Source: a bacterium | Lineage (GTDB): Bacteria > UBA8248 | NCBI GenBank assembly: GCA_965200245.1 | Contig: CBDATS010000004.1 | Coordinates: forward strand, 1,216,001 to 1,280,000 | DNA: 64,000 nucleotides | Reading direction: 5' to 3' | Part shown: piece by piece, positions 50,602-64,000 of the stretch | Position numbering within the stretch: the stretch's first letter is position 1 | Layout of the letters: the number at the start of each line of letters is the position of its first letter | Program-made: the position numbers and the translations under genes | Notes under the pieces: generated by a model | The model's database searches: none | What the model was told of the DNA's origin: nothing | What the model saw: only the letters and a program-made list of their open reading frames with translations

Positions 50602-51375
50602 CTAGTGAACGTATCTGCCGCCGTTGACGTCGAGCGTCACGCCGGTCACGTAGCGCGCCTCGGGCCTTGCGAGATACCACACGGCGTCGGCAATGTCCGC
50701 GGCGTCCGCCAGTCGGCCCGCCGGAATTTTCGAGAGTATTTCGGGCAGCCTTTCCTTATGAAGAACGCCAGTTCGTGGGGTAATCACGACACCGGGCGCC
50801 ACTGTGTTCACCGTGACGCCGTGGGGTGCTACCTCAACCGCGAGACGCCTGCAAAAGCCGACCAGGCCCGCCTTGGCCGCGCTGTAGGCGAGACCTGTCT
50901 CGATGATGGCATCGCGTCCCGACTGGGAGGCGATGTTCACGATGCGGCCATAGCCGGCCTTTTTCATAAAGGGCACGACGGCGCGTGAACACAGATAGGC
51001 GCTCTTCAGGTTGAGATCCACGACACGGCGCCACTGCCCCTCCTCCAGGTCCTCGATGGCAGGATTCTCCACGAAGCCGCCTGCGCAGTTCACGAGAATG
51101 TCGATGCGACCCCAAGTGACGAGCGTCTCCTCCACGGCTGCCTCGATCTCATTCGCCGAGGTGGCGTCGGTATTGATAAAGCGCGCTTCCCCGCCTTCGT
51201 CTTGTATCCGACGCGCGGAAGACTCGCCTTGCGCTTCGTCGAGATCGAGCAACGCGATGCGCGCGCCTTCATGCGCCAAGCGCTCGACGATCGCTTCGCC
51301 GATTCCCACCGCGCCCGCCGTGACGAGGGCCACGTGACCTTGAATCGAGGATGTGTTCTCCATCTCTTCCGCCAT
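50602..51375 (-). CDS. SDR oxidoreductase (FabG-like), paralog 1
   Basis: TAGAVGIG, NCAGG, YSAAK, DVNGG. Confidence 0.92.
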   Translation of the reverse strand: MAEEMENTSSIQGHVALVTAGAVGIGEAIVERLAHEGARIALLDLDEAQGESSARRIQDEGGEARFINTDATSANEIEAAVEETLVTWGRIDILVNCAGGFVENPAIEDLEEGQWRRVVDLNLKSAYLCSRAVVPFMKKAGYGRIVNIASQSGRDAIIETGLAYSAAKAGLVGFCRRLAVEVAPHGVTVNTVAPGVVITPRTGVLHKERLPEILSKIPAGRLADAADIADAVWYLARPEARYVTGVTLDVNGGRYVH

Positions 51376-51590
51376 CCCGTCTCCGGGTGTCTTCGCCTAT
51401 GGTCCTCCCCCGGACCGGGAATCATCCAAAAACCCCATAGACGAGCCAGAAAACCACAAAAAGGCCGATCACAAGGCTCCGGTAAAATAGTTGCAGGGGT
51501 GGAAACTCTCCCGTCACGCCGCAACCCATCACCCGTATGGCGCGCTTGCCGAGAGGCAATTATACCGCATTGCCCCTGCCTTGACAGCCG

Positions 51591-52187
51591 CTAGGGGTTA
51601 TGGGCCGAGGCGAAGTAGGTATTGCCGTCGAAGTCGCGCCATCTGGCTTTGCGAAAGCCCGCCTTGCGTAACTCGTCCAGGAGTTCTCGGGGTTCGAACC
51701 GCGCATCAACGGGCGGCCCCATCTCCATGGGTTTCCTGTGCCATTCGATAAGTGTGATGACAGCCTTTTTCCGCATCGCACGCCGCGTCTCCAGGAGCAG
51801 GGGCTGGACATCGGTCCTCCCGTGAAGCACGAAAGCGATGAGAGCGAAGTCAGTGCTTGCATCGGGAAAGGAGACCTTGGGGTTCAGACATTTTCTGGCT
51901 GTCAGGTGGGCATAGCCGCGTTCTTTTGCAGCCGCCCGAAGTTCGGCGATCATCACAGGCGAGGTGTCACACGCAAGCACGCGCCCGTATTTTCCCACGA
52001 TCCTGCAGGCCGGAATCGCGAAATACCCCTGGCCGCAGCCCACATCCAGGAAACTCATGCCACGATTGAGTCCCAGTTCGCGCAGTGTCTTGGCGGGCGG
52101 CATGGCACGTCGCCTTCCCCTGGAGATCAGGAGATGCCGGTTTCGGACGGGAAAGGTCCATTCTTCCCGCAAGACAGGACCGCTCAA
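51591..52187 (-). CDS. Class I SAM-dependent methyltransferase
   Basis: FLDVGCGQGYF, FVLH, IEW..GPP..R. Confidence 0.85.
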   Translation of the reverse strand: MSGPVLREEWTFPVRNRHLLISRGRRRAMPPAKTLRELGLNRGMSFLDVGCGQGYFAIPACRIVGKYGRVLACDTSPVMIAELRAAAKERGYAHLTARKCLNPKVSFPDASTDFALIAFVLHGRTDVQPLLLETRRAMRKKAVITLIEWHRKPMEMGPPVDARFEPRELLDELRKAGFRKARWRDFDGNTYFASAHNP

Positions 52188-53276
52188 GCCTCATCCTCGA
52201 GATAGCTGCCGAGCGCCTCGCGGATGAAGTTCTCGGGATGTCCTTCCCGGATGAGAATAAGACCTTCCGCCAAGCACTCGAGTTTTCTGCGTTCCCTGTC
52301 GAGGCGCGTCTGCCCCTTCCGGCTGAGCAGCCTCTCGACGTCTTCTATAGATGCGCCCTCGACCGCCCACTTCAGGCCCGCCTTGAGAAGGGGTTCCTGA
52401 ATCCATTCGAGACGACCCGCAATCGCTCCGTCCTCCTCGCGCGAGGCAAGACCAGCGAGCTCCACACAAAGGCTGATGATGTCTGCCGTAGCCTGGGCGG
52501 AAGGAGAAAGCCGGACGCCGGGCAGGCACTCGTAATCCGCCTCGCCCTCAGGCAGGAAGGCTACGAGCCTCGCGCGTACGGAATTCTCGCTCAAGCCCTC
52601 AAGTATCGCCAACACGCCCTCTATGGAAACTTCCCTGTTTCTCTCCACTGCACTGAGGCAGGACTCGATTTGCCGGGAAGAGGATCATCTCGGCCTCGTC
52701 CCAAGGCGTCTGGTCCACCAGCATCCTGAGGCCGGTGGAGAAAATCCCGTCCGGACTTCTCTCCAAGGCCGGCTCGAGGGAAAGCAAGCTGTACTGCTCC
52801 ACGCGCGCCGCAAGGAGGGCGATGAGCGCAACTGTCTGCTCGGCCCTGCTGTCAGTTGCGTGATACGCGGATAGTGCTTCCTTGAGCGAGTGATCCAGTG
52901 ACGGAATGGCGTCATCGGCGGGGCCATCGAACGTGATGTCGCCGTAATATTTCATGGCGTAGGCGGTTTGCATCAGTCTCTGTCTCGCTTTGAGGTTTTG
53001 CTCGCCCTGCCCGGAGACAGAGCGCTCCATTTCCTCGCGAATCTGCGCCGCATTATTCGAAGAAACGTTCCTGAGCACCCGCTCGACCACGCGCGCCTCG
53101 GCGTCGCAAAGTGCCAGGGCAAGCGTCTGAACATCCATACGCTCAATGACGCGCCTGAGCGCGCGGCCCGACATTTCCGTTATGGGAGAAAGGTCGGGAT
53201 TCTCGTCCAAAGAAAAATAATGATGGGCCGGATTCTCCATGCCCCCGTCGATCCAGCCGTCGCCTTCAAGATTCAT
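52184..53276 (-). pseudogene. FliG-C-like domain fused to two membrane-less MotA-like repeats; single +1 frameshift near 52678 (real or sequence error)
   Basis: LRRVIERMDVQTLALAL..VLRNVS..AAQIREEME..ARQRLM (FliG-C-like); LLSLE..IFSTGLRMLVD and EGVLAILEG..VRARL, repeated as LLKAGLKWAVEG and EGLILIREGHPENFIREALGSYL. Confidence 0.65.
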
Positions 53277-53364
53277 TCTCTCATCTCCAGGACTTTCGAG
53301 GGCGGGTGGCGTACCGGAGATTCTGGCCGGTTCGTCTCGAAACAGCGGCAGCGCATGTTTCGCG

Positions 53365-54960
53365 TCAGTTCTCCTCGGCCAGCTTGGGTGGCTGCACGGA
53401 TCGGTTCACATAGAACTGCTGGGCGATAGAGAGCAGGTTGTTCACCAGCCAGTATATCACCAGCCCCACGGGCACAGGATAGAATATGAACATGCCGGTG
53501 AAGATGACGGGCATGAACATCATCATTTTTGCCTGTGTAGGGTCGCCCGCGGTGGGCGTCATCTTCTGCTGCAGGAACATCGACGCCCCCATGAGTATCG
53601 TATAGACGTGGTAGGGATCCTGCACCGAGAGATCCTGCACCCAGCCGAAAAAGGGCGCGTTTCGAAGCTCTATCGACACCAGAAGTGCTTCATACAGCCC
53701 GAAGAAAACGGGAATCTGTATCAGCATGGGCAAACAGCCCATCATCGGGTTGACCTTGTGCTCCTTATACAAGGCCATGGTCTGCTCGTTGAGCCTGTTT
53801 TTGTCATTCTTGTAAATTTCACGCAGTTGCATGATGCGCGGCTGGAGTTTCTGCATCTCCTTCATGTTGCGCATGCTGACGTGCGTAAGGGGGTAGAAGA
53901 TGATCTTCACCAGGATAGTCAACAGAATGATGGCCACGCCCCAGTTGCCCACGAGACCATGGAAAAAGCGAATAACCGACATGAGCGGCTTGGCGATAAA
54001 GGAGAACATCCCGTAGTCGAGGGAATCCTCAAGGTTGACATTGAGTCTTTCGAGATGCTCTACCGCCTTTGGCCCCACGTAGACGTCGAAAGCCGCGCTC
54101 ACTTCATTGCCTCGCGCGAATGGTACGATGGCGGCGTACTCGCTGAGGTCGTTGATTTTACCGAGCAGCCGAATCTCCGCCCCACCCGCTCCGCTTCGGG
54201 GAACGAGCGCCGCGATGAAATGTTTCGACTGGAGCGATGTCCACTTGAGACTCGGCCCGTGGTTGATGGCTTTTCCCTCTTCCGGGTAGTCGTATTCGAG
54301 TTCTCCGCCCACGAAGCTCATCGGGCCCTCGATGACGCCGCCGTAGGTGTTGCCGTCGCTCCCACCCACGCGCGGACCCCAGGCGATTCCCATCGCTTCA
54401 TCGCCCGATGGCCGGGTGACGCGGATATTCGTGCGTATGTTGTACTCATTGTAGCGGAAGGTGAGCGCCTTCTCCGCGGAGAGGCCGTCCGTGCCCCGGT
54501 AGATAAAACGAACCGTACCCTCGGGGTTGTCCTTCGAGAGCGAGAGATCGCCGCCCTCGATTTGGTAGGACGCCTCGTTGAGCCGCTGTGCCGTCTTGCC
54601 GCCCCAGAAGAAGAGAGGGCGCACATCCGGGCGGCCCGGGGGCGCCATCTGGACGAATTTCTGCTCACCCTGCTTGTATTCCAGAAGGCGCGCGGACAAA
54701 AATCCCGCGCCCCGGTTGGTCAGCTCATAAACGGCATCGCCCACATCTACCCGGACGCGCCTTCCCGGAGCGGCCCGGGTGGGCGCTTGAAGCGGCGTGC
54801 TCGCAGCACTTGCCTGGCTTTTTTTCTGGGCCGCCACGCGCGCCTTTGCCGCTTTTTCCTTCTGGGCCTGTTCGTCTCCTATCGGCTTTACGACGAGATA
54901 TTGCCAGCCAATGAGTATCGCCATCGACAAGACAGCGGCGAGAATCGCGTTTCTTTCCAT
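53365..54960 (-). CDS. yidC: Membrane protein insertase YidC
   Basis: YVGPK, NWGVAIILLTILVK, NPMMGCLP, IELR.APF, GLVIYW. Confidence 0.97.
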   Translation of the reverse strand: MERNAILAAVLSMAILIGWQYLVVKPIGDEQAQKEKAAKARVAAQKKSQASAASTPLQAPTRAAPGRRVRVDVGDAVYELTNRGAGFLSARLLEYKQGEQKFVQMAPPGRPDVRPLFFWGGKTAQRLNEASYQIEGGDLSLSKDNPEGTVRFIYRGTDGLSAEKALTFRYNEYNIRTNIRVTRPSGDEAMGIAWGPRVGGSDGNTYGGVIEGPMSFVGGELEYDYPEEGKAINHGPSLKWTSLQSKHFIAALVPRSGAGGAEIRLLGKINDLSEYAAIVPFARGNEVSAAFDVYVGPKAVEHLERLNVNLEDSLDYGMFSFIAKPLMSVIRFFHGLVGNWGVAIILLTILVKIIFYPLTHVSMRNMKEMQKLQPRIMQLREIYKNDKNRLNEQTMALYKEHKVNPMMGCLPMLIQIPVFFGLYEALLVSIELRNAPFFGWVQDLSVQDPYHVYTILMGASMFLQQKMTPTAGDPTQAKMMMFMPVIFTGMFIFYPVPVGLVIYWLVNNLLSIAQQFYVNRSVQPPKLAEEN

Positions 54961-54974
54961 AGTTTAATGTGTCT

Positions 54975-55244
54975 TCACCGGAATCGTCTGGGAACCGGAT
55001 CGTCTCCTCCCGGATGAAATGGATTGCAGCGCCCGATGCGGCGCACGGTGAGCCATAATGCGCGGCCGGGCGCGTGGCAGCGAAACGCCTCAAGCGCGTA
55101 ATGTGAACAAGAGGGCGAAAAGCGGCAACTGCCCGGCAATAAAGGAGACAGGATAAGTTGATATCCACGAATCAAAACGATCGCCACAACACGCGCGGCG
55201 ACACTGAGAGGCCCGAACTCTTTTTCAGCGATTCGTTTTTCCAT
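54975..55244 (-). CDS. yidD: Membrane protein insertion efficiency factor YidD
   Basis: [31 protein letters not shown]. Confidence 0.95.
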   Translation of the reverse strand: MEKRIAEKEFGPLSVAARVVAIVLIRGYQLILSPLLPGSCRFSPSCSHYALEAFRCHAPGRALWLTVRRIGRCNPFHPGGDDPVPRRFR

Positions 55245-55572
55245 GGAATGCGCCGCAGAACGCCCTTTCAACATCTTCTAGTCTCGCCGTGACGATTGCA
55301 TTTCTCGCCACGGCCACTAGGTCCACCCCCCCGGAGGGAAGGGAACCGTGACGGCGAAACACCTCGCGGAGAAGTCGTTTGGCGCGATTTCTCTGAACGG
55401 CACCGCCCACCCTGCGTGACGCGATGATGCCGAGCCTTGTGCGGTCCCGTGAAGGGTTGGGCAAGATATGCAGCGTGAAGTACGGACACCTGCGCTTGCG
55501 TCCTTCTCTGAGAACGACGGCGAACTCGCTTTCCTTGCGGATTCGCCGAGTCGACGGGAAGCCTTCGTCCAT
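55225..55572 (-). CDS. rnpA: Ribonuclease P protein component
   Basis: [25 protein letters not shown]. Confidence 0.95.
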   Translation of the reverse strand: MDEGFPSTRRIRKESEFAVVLREGRKRRCPYFTLHILPNPSRDRTRLGIIASRRVGGAVQRNRAKRLLREVFRRHGSLPSGGVDLVAVARNAIVTARLEDVERAFCGAFHGKTNR

Positions 55573-55616
55573 GTCCGTGCCCTCCCAAGACAGGGCCGAA
55601 GTTCCCGACGTACCGT

Positions 55617-55757
55617 CTAGGCCGAAACCCCGAGACGCCTGCGGCCCTTGGCCCGGCGGCGTCTGATGATCGCGCGTCCTCCGGTCGTTTTCATTCGTCG
55701 GCGAAATCCGTGTGCCTTCGCCCGCTTTCTTCTGTTCGGCTGGTAAGTCCGCTTCAC
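55617..55757 (-). CDS. rpmH: 50S ribosomal protein L34
   Basis: [29 protein letters not shown]. Confidence 0.97.
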   Translation of the reverse strand: MKRTYQPNRRKRAKAHGFRRRMKTTGGRAIIRRRRAKGRRRLGVSA

Positions 55758-56003
55758 CAAATACTCCGCTCCCGGCCGCAGGGCCGGACGTATCGTTTCG
55801 CACCAAAGTAAGATAGCCTCTTGGAGGCCGAGCATAAAGTAGCCACGAAAACAGCGCTTGTCAAGAACCTATTTTCCTTCGGGGCGCAAACAATTTCATC
55901 GGATCCGCCTGGCCGTGGCGTTACACTTCACACCGCTCGGCTCTCATGTAGAAAGATGTGTTTTCCTCATGATGAAACCAAAAAAGGGGTTTTGCAGCGG
56001 TTT

Positions 56004-56084
56004 TGTGGAAAAACCTTCTTGCGCTTGGCGTGTTTTTGTGGAACACTCCCTGCTCTGTAATTTTTTTTGTCGTTTTGTGGAAAA
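56004..56084. promoter_or_regulatory. Three DnaA-box-like sites upstream of dnaA
   Basis: TGTGGAAAA (56004), TGTGGAACA (56037), TGTGGAAAA (56076). Confidence 0.65.
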
Positions 56085-56150
56085 TATTGGTCGCGCAGTT
56101 TTTCATTCTCCTCCTCTTCCCTCGCGGCCTTTTGTCGTTCGGTTCTTTCT

Positions 56151-57500
56151 ATGATGACTCTTTGGCAACGTTGCGCGGAAAAAATCAGACTGGAAGTCTC
56201 TCCCCAGACTTATGAGCGCTGGTTCGCCGGCATCAAGGAAGTTGGAGCAACTGATTTTTCCTTGGCGATTCAGGCTCCCGATTCGTTCACGGCCAGCACT
56301 TTACGCTCGCGCTACTGGGGAATTATCACAGACATTCTCAGGCAAGAAACCGGGTCGAATATGGCGCTCGATCTCTCTGCTGATGGTACACCGATAAACA
56401 GTTCTGATGCTTTTCATGGATCGGCGGCAACCCCCGCACAAGGGGCTTCAGTGCTCGACGAGAGTCCTTGGCCTTCACCCAAGAAGCCGGATTTCCTGAA
56501 CCCGAAGTACTGTTTCGAGAACTTCGTAGTGGGCAGTTCGAATCGGTTCGCCCACGCCTGCAGCCTCCGCATTGCGGACAGCAAGGCGGGCACCCCCCTC
56601 TTCATCTACGGTGGTGTCGGACTCGGAAAGACCCATTTACTACATGCCATCACCCACCGCATTTTCGACAAACGTCCGCAAACGCGCGCCTTTTATACTT
56701 CCTCGGAGAGTTTCACCAACGACCTCATCGCTTCAATCAGGCAGGACAAGATGACCACCTTCAGAAGCAAATACAGACAAGTTGAAGTCCTGATGATTGA
56801 CGACATCCAGTTTATTGCGGGCAAGGAACGCACACAAGAAGAATTTTTTTATACTTTCAACAAATTACAAGAGTCGAGCAAGCAAATCATCATAACGAGC
56901 GACAAATTGCCCAATGACACACCGGGACTGGAAGATCGGCTTCGGTCGCGCTTCATCTCGGGAATGATAGCGGACATCGGTGCGCCTGATTTTGAAACCA
57001 AGGTAGCCATTCTGCAAAAAAAGGCGATCGAAATGGGTCTTTCTCTCAACCGTGAAGTCGCCCATTATGTGGCCGAGAAGGCTCGATCCAATGTAAGGGA
57101 ACTCGAAGGCTGCCTGACGAAGCTAAGTATTCACACCTCCCTGTATGGTATCGAGATCGATCTTACCGTAGCACAGGAATTACTGCGCGGGATCATCCGC
57201 GACACCACCCGCCATTCCTCGGTGGAAAATATCCAGAAAATCGTCGCCGAGCACTTTCAGGTCCGGGTTTCCGACCTCAAATCAAAGAATCGCTCGCGCT
57301 CCTTTGCCGTTCCCCGCCAGATCGCCATGTTCCTCGCAAGAAAACTCACCCAAGCCTCAACCACCGAGATCGGCCGACGGTTCGGGAAGGACCACTCCAC
57401 CGTAATCCACTCCACCACCAAAATCGAGAACCTGATCAAAACAGACCTCTCACTGCACGCCACCATAGAAACGCTCGAACAAAAAATAGACCTCTCCTGA
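56151..57500 (+). CDS. dnaA: Chromosomal replication initiator DnaA
   Basis: FENFVVG, GGVGLGKTHL, DDIQF, NVRELEG, KDHSTVIH. Confidence 0.98.
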   Translation: MMTLWQRCAEKIRLEVSPQTYERWFAGIKEVGATDFSLAIQAPDSFTASTLRSRYWGIITDILRQETGSNMALDLSADGTPINSSDAFHGSAATPAQGASVLDESPWPSPKKPDFLNPKYCFENFVVGSSNRFAHACSLRIADSKAGTPLFIYGGVGLGKTHLLHAITHRIFDKRPQTRAFYTSSESFTNDLIASIRQDKMTTFRSKYRQVEVLMIDDIQFIAGKERTQEEFFYTFNKLQESSKQIIITSDKLPNDTPGLEDRLRSRFISGMIADIGAPDFETKVAILQKKAIEMGLSLNREVAHYVAEKARSNVRELEGCLTKLSIHTSLYGIEIDLTVAQELLRGIIRDTTRHSSVENIQKIVAEHFQVRVSDLKSKNRSRSFAVPRQIAMFLARKLTQASTTEIGRRFGKDHSTVIHSTTKIENLIKTDLSLHATIETLEQKIDLS

Positions 57501-57720
57501 AACATCCCGTGAAAAGAACTGTGAATAACCACTTGAAAACTGTTATTTCAGTTCCACCCTCAGAAACAATTCACGGCAATCCACTTTTTCCCACAACCGA
57601 TTCCACGTTCTCGTGACCAGATAAAACCAATTGATTAAATTACTTACGTGATTTTCCTCAATTTCAACGCGTCTACTACTACGGTTTTTATATATTCTAT
57701 ACTAGAATCTAGTAACCGGT
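57501..57720. other. Replication origin (oriC) unwinding region
   Basis: TGTGAATAA box, tandem degenerate boxes TTTTCCTCA/ATTTCAACG, CGT spacer, CTACTACTAC trio repeat (57673-57682), AT-rich tract; gene orientation flips around here. Confidence 0.75.
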
Positions 57721-57735
57721 ATTTGAGGATATCCA

Positions 57736-61357
<3,622 letters not shown>

Positions 61358-61403
61358 CGAGGTAGCCCGGGAAAAGGCGGATCCTGTGGAACACTTCCCC
61401 CTT

Positions 61404-61865
61404 TCAGGGGCGCATTTCCTTGTGGCAGTTGAGGCAAGCGGCGTGTAGCGCAGCGAGGGCCTTCACAGTCGCTTCGAGGTTCTTGTTGTTCGCCGCACTT
61501 GCGAGGCTCACGGCAACGCCCTCGGTTTGTCGTGACAGAGCGATCAGCGAAGCGTCTCCCGCGATTCTCTCCGCGCTCGGCAGCGACTTCGCCGCGTCGT
61601 CGATTGCCTTGGCGTTCTTCGCGATTCCATCGAACAACGCATCGCTTATAATTTCCTCTTCAAGCGACGTGACGAAGAGGTCCTTCACGAGAACCTCCAG
61701 GGTTTTCCCCATTTCCTGCATCAGTTCAACAAGATCCCCGTGGGCCTCTCCCCCTTCCTTGTGGGCGTCACTCTCACCCGTTATCGGGTAGGCGGCCAGC
61801 GCCAGCGCGAGCACGAAGAAAGACATTAAACGACCAATGCGGGAGAACCCGGCGAAGATTTTCAT
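61404..61865 (-). CDS. Exported class II cytochrome c (c'-like)
   Basis: Signal peptide, helical body, C-terminal CLNCH. Confidence 0.75.
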   Translation of the reverse strand: MKIFAGFSRIGRLMSFFVLALALAAYPITGESDAHKEGGEAHGDLVELMQEMGKTLEVLVKDLFVTSLEEEIISDALFDGIAKNAKAIDDAAKSLPSAERIAGDASLIALSRQTEGVAVSLASAANNKNLEATVKALAALHAACLNCHKEMRP

Positions 61866-62155
61866 GAGCAACCTCGTTTGAGAGAAGAAAAGCGTCCTGA
61901 AAACAAACGCCACCATTGTCCATGAACGAAACGTCCCGGGCAATCAGGAGTAACCAAAGAACGCTCCCTTGGATCCACGGGGTCCTTCCGGCTGCCGGAA
62001 GAAGCCACAAGCCGTTGTTTTCATTTTCCATCGGAACCGTTTTGTGGTATAAGGTAGTGTTTGAGTTCTGCCCCTCGCCCGGGTCGCCCCCATCCGTTTT
62101 TTGAAGCCAACGAGACAGTCATTGTTCGCGCCGTCGGCAGGAGAGTGTCGGTAGT

Positions 62156-64000
62156 ATGGAAAACCTGAACGAGGTCAGCATCGAGCAGGAAATGAGTGCG
62201 TCCTTCATGGATTACGCGATGAGCGTCATCATCGCGCGCGCGCTTCCTGATGTCCGTGACGGGCTCAAGCCCGTGCAAAGGCGCATCCTCACTACGCTGA
62301 ATGATCTGGGACTCGCGCACAACAGGCCATTCCGCAAGTGCGCGAAGATAGCGGGCGACGTAAGCGGCAACTACCACCCTCATGGCGAGGCGGTAGTTTA
62401 TCCGGCGCTGGCGCGCATGGCGCAGGACTTCTCGATGCGCGGCCTTCTGGTGGACGGACAGGGTAATTTCGGCTCGGTGGACGGAGATCCGCCCGCCGCC
62501 ATGCGCTACACCGAGGCGCGCATGACGCAGCTCGCCGAGAACATGCTCGCCGACATCGAAAAAGACACCGTCGATTTCGTGCCCAACTACGACAACACGC
62601 GAACGGAGCCCTCCGTGCTCCCTTCCCGCGTGCCTAATTTACTGCTGAACGGCTCCACGGGCATCGCTGTCGGCATGGCCACGAACATCCCGCCCCACAA
62701 CCTGGGTGAGCTTTGTGACGCGCTCGTCTGCGTTCTCGAGAAAGAAGACGCAGGCCTTAGGGAGATTCTCGAGATCATGCCGGGGCCGGACTTCCCCACG
62801 GCGGGTGTCATCTACGGGCGATCGGGCATAAGGAACTACTACGAGACTGGCCGCGGCTCGCTGCAGCTGCGCGCCAAGGCGATAGTGGAGATCAACGGGC
62901 GCACGAACCGGCAGTCCATTGTAGTGACAGAGATACCCTACGCGCTCAACAAGGCGAGGCTCATCGAGAAGGTTGCGGATCTGGTGCGCGAGCAGAAAAT
63001 CCGCGAGATATCGGACATCAGGGACGAGAGTGACAGGAATGGCATGCGCATCGTCATTGATCTCAAAAGGGACGCAGTCGGCGGTGCGGTTCTGAACCAG
63101 CTTTACAAACACACCCAAATGCAGACGACTTTCGGGGTCATCCTTCTGGCGCTCGTGAACAACCAGCCGCGCGTGATGGGCCTGAAGGAGATGCTCTTCC
63201 ACTTCCTGCGCTACCGCCGCGAGGTTGTTCTCAGGCGCAGCCGCTTCGAGCTCAAAAAGGCCGAGGACAGGGCGCACATTCTAGAGGGTTACCGCATCGC
63301 GCTCGACAAGATCGAGGAAGTTATCGCGCTCATCCGGGCAAGCCAGGCTCCCGAGGAAGCGCGCACGGGACTCATGCGGAATTTTGGGTTTACCCAGCCC
63401 CAAGCGCAGGCCATCCTCGAGATGCGCCTCCAGCGCCTCACGGGCCTGGAACGCGACAAGATAGAAGCCGAATACAAGGAACTCCAAAAAACCATCGCTC
63501 ACCTGCGCGAAGTGCTCGTGAACGAAAAACTCCAGACTTCCATTATCAAGGACGAGATACTGGAGGTACGGGAGAAATTCTCGGACGAACGCCGCACGGA
63601 AATCGTGGAGGAGACGAGCGAAATCTCCATCGAGGACATGATCGTCGAAGAAGACATGACGGTCACCATATCCAATTCGGGCTACATCAAGCGGAACGCT
63701 GTGAGCCTGTATCGTTCCCAGCGCCGGGGAGGCAAGGGAGTGATAGGTATGGGCACGAAACAAGAAGATTTCGTGGAGCAACTCTTCATCGCCTCCACGC
63801 ATGATTACATGTTGTTCTTTACATCGCGCGGGCGCTGCCATTGGCTCAAGGTTCACGAGATTCCACAGGGCAGCAGGGCGGCGCGCGGCAAGGCCATCAT
63901 CAACGTACTTCAACTGGCGGCGGACGAGTTCGTTTCCGCCGTAATGCCGGTGCGCAAGTTCGAACCTGACCGCTACATCCTTATGGCGACGAAACAGGGC
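62156..64000 (+). CDS. gyrA: DNA gyrase subunit A, truncated by window edge
   Basis: Manual translation: [32 protein letters not shown], GyrA-box QRRGGKG; not in ORF track. Confidence 0.97.
   Translation, partial: MENLNEVSIEQEMSASFMDYAMSVIIARALPDVRDGLKPVQRRILTTLNDLGLAHNRPFRKCAKIAGDVSGNYHPHGEAVVYPALARMAQDFSMRGLLVDGQGNFGSVDGDPPAAMRYTEARMTQLAENMLADIEKDTVDFVPNYDNTRTEPSVLPSRVPNLLLNGSTGIAVGMATNIPPHNLGELCDALVCVLEKEDAGLREILEIMPGPDFPTAGVIYGRSGIRNYYETGRGSLQLRAKAIVEINGRTNRQSIVVTEIPYALNKARLIEKVADLVREQKIREISDIRDESDRNGMRIVIDLKRDAVGGAVLNQLYKHTQMQTTFGVILLALVNNQPRVMGLKEMLFHFLRYRREVVLRRSRFELKKAEDRAHILEGYRIALDKIEEVIALIRASQAPEEARTGLMRNFGFTQPQAQAILEMRLQRLTGLERDKIEAEYKELQKTIAHLREVLVNEKLQTSIIKDEILEVREKFSDERRTEIVEETSEISIEDMIVEEDMTVTISNSGYIKRNAVSLYRSQRRGGKGVIGMGTKQEDFVEQLFIASTHDYMLFFTSRGRCHWLKVHEIPQGSRAARGKAIINVLQLAADEFVSAVMPVRKFEPDRYILMATKQG

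Noticed and set aside
53239-55017. 592-aa plus-strand ORF and similar long antisense ORFs (47182..49149, 29849..31498, 28044..29489, 26650..27984, 23555..24871)
   Set aside because: Shadows of well-supported genes on the opposite strand in GC-rich DNA; no recognisable motifs

Overview
Bacterial chromosomal window spanning the replication origin. The right part carries parB-parA-parS-mnmG-mnmE, then about 10 kb of interposed genes, yidC-yidD-rnpA-rpmH, dnaA-oriC-recF-gyrB-cytochrome c'-gyrA. dnaN, rsmG and jag are absent from their usual positions. The left 36 kb is accessory redox/thiol metabolism. The main hidden signal is selenocysteine recoding that the ORF track misses: four in-frame UGA codons, each at a catalytic Cys position and each followed by a SECIS-like hairpin. 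They occur in an O6-alkylguanine alkyltransferase (PUHR), an exported thioredoxin (WUGTC), a stand-alone UGSC-type protein (UGSCTLC) and a UGGC protein fused to a ~340-aa uncharacterised 'DGLP' domain. That domain occurs six times, four in tandem. The UGSC motif resembles the Sec motif of glycine/proline reductase protein B, suggesting an uncharacterised two-component selenium-dependent enzyme system with diversified partner subunits (inference). Other notable items: a transposase-less IS1595-type cassette with TIRs and an 8-bp target duplication carrying a decayed methyltransferase-endonuclease; a FliG-C plus membrane-less MotA-repeat fusion; a two-subunit NAD synthetase whose genes are 14.6 kb apart; and a GyrA with a quinolone-insensitive-type QRDR. 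All calls come from reading the sequence; no database searches were run.
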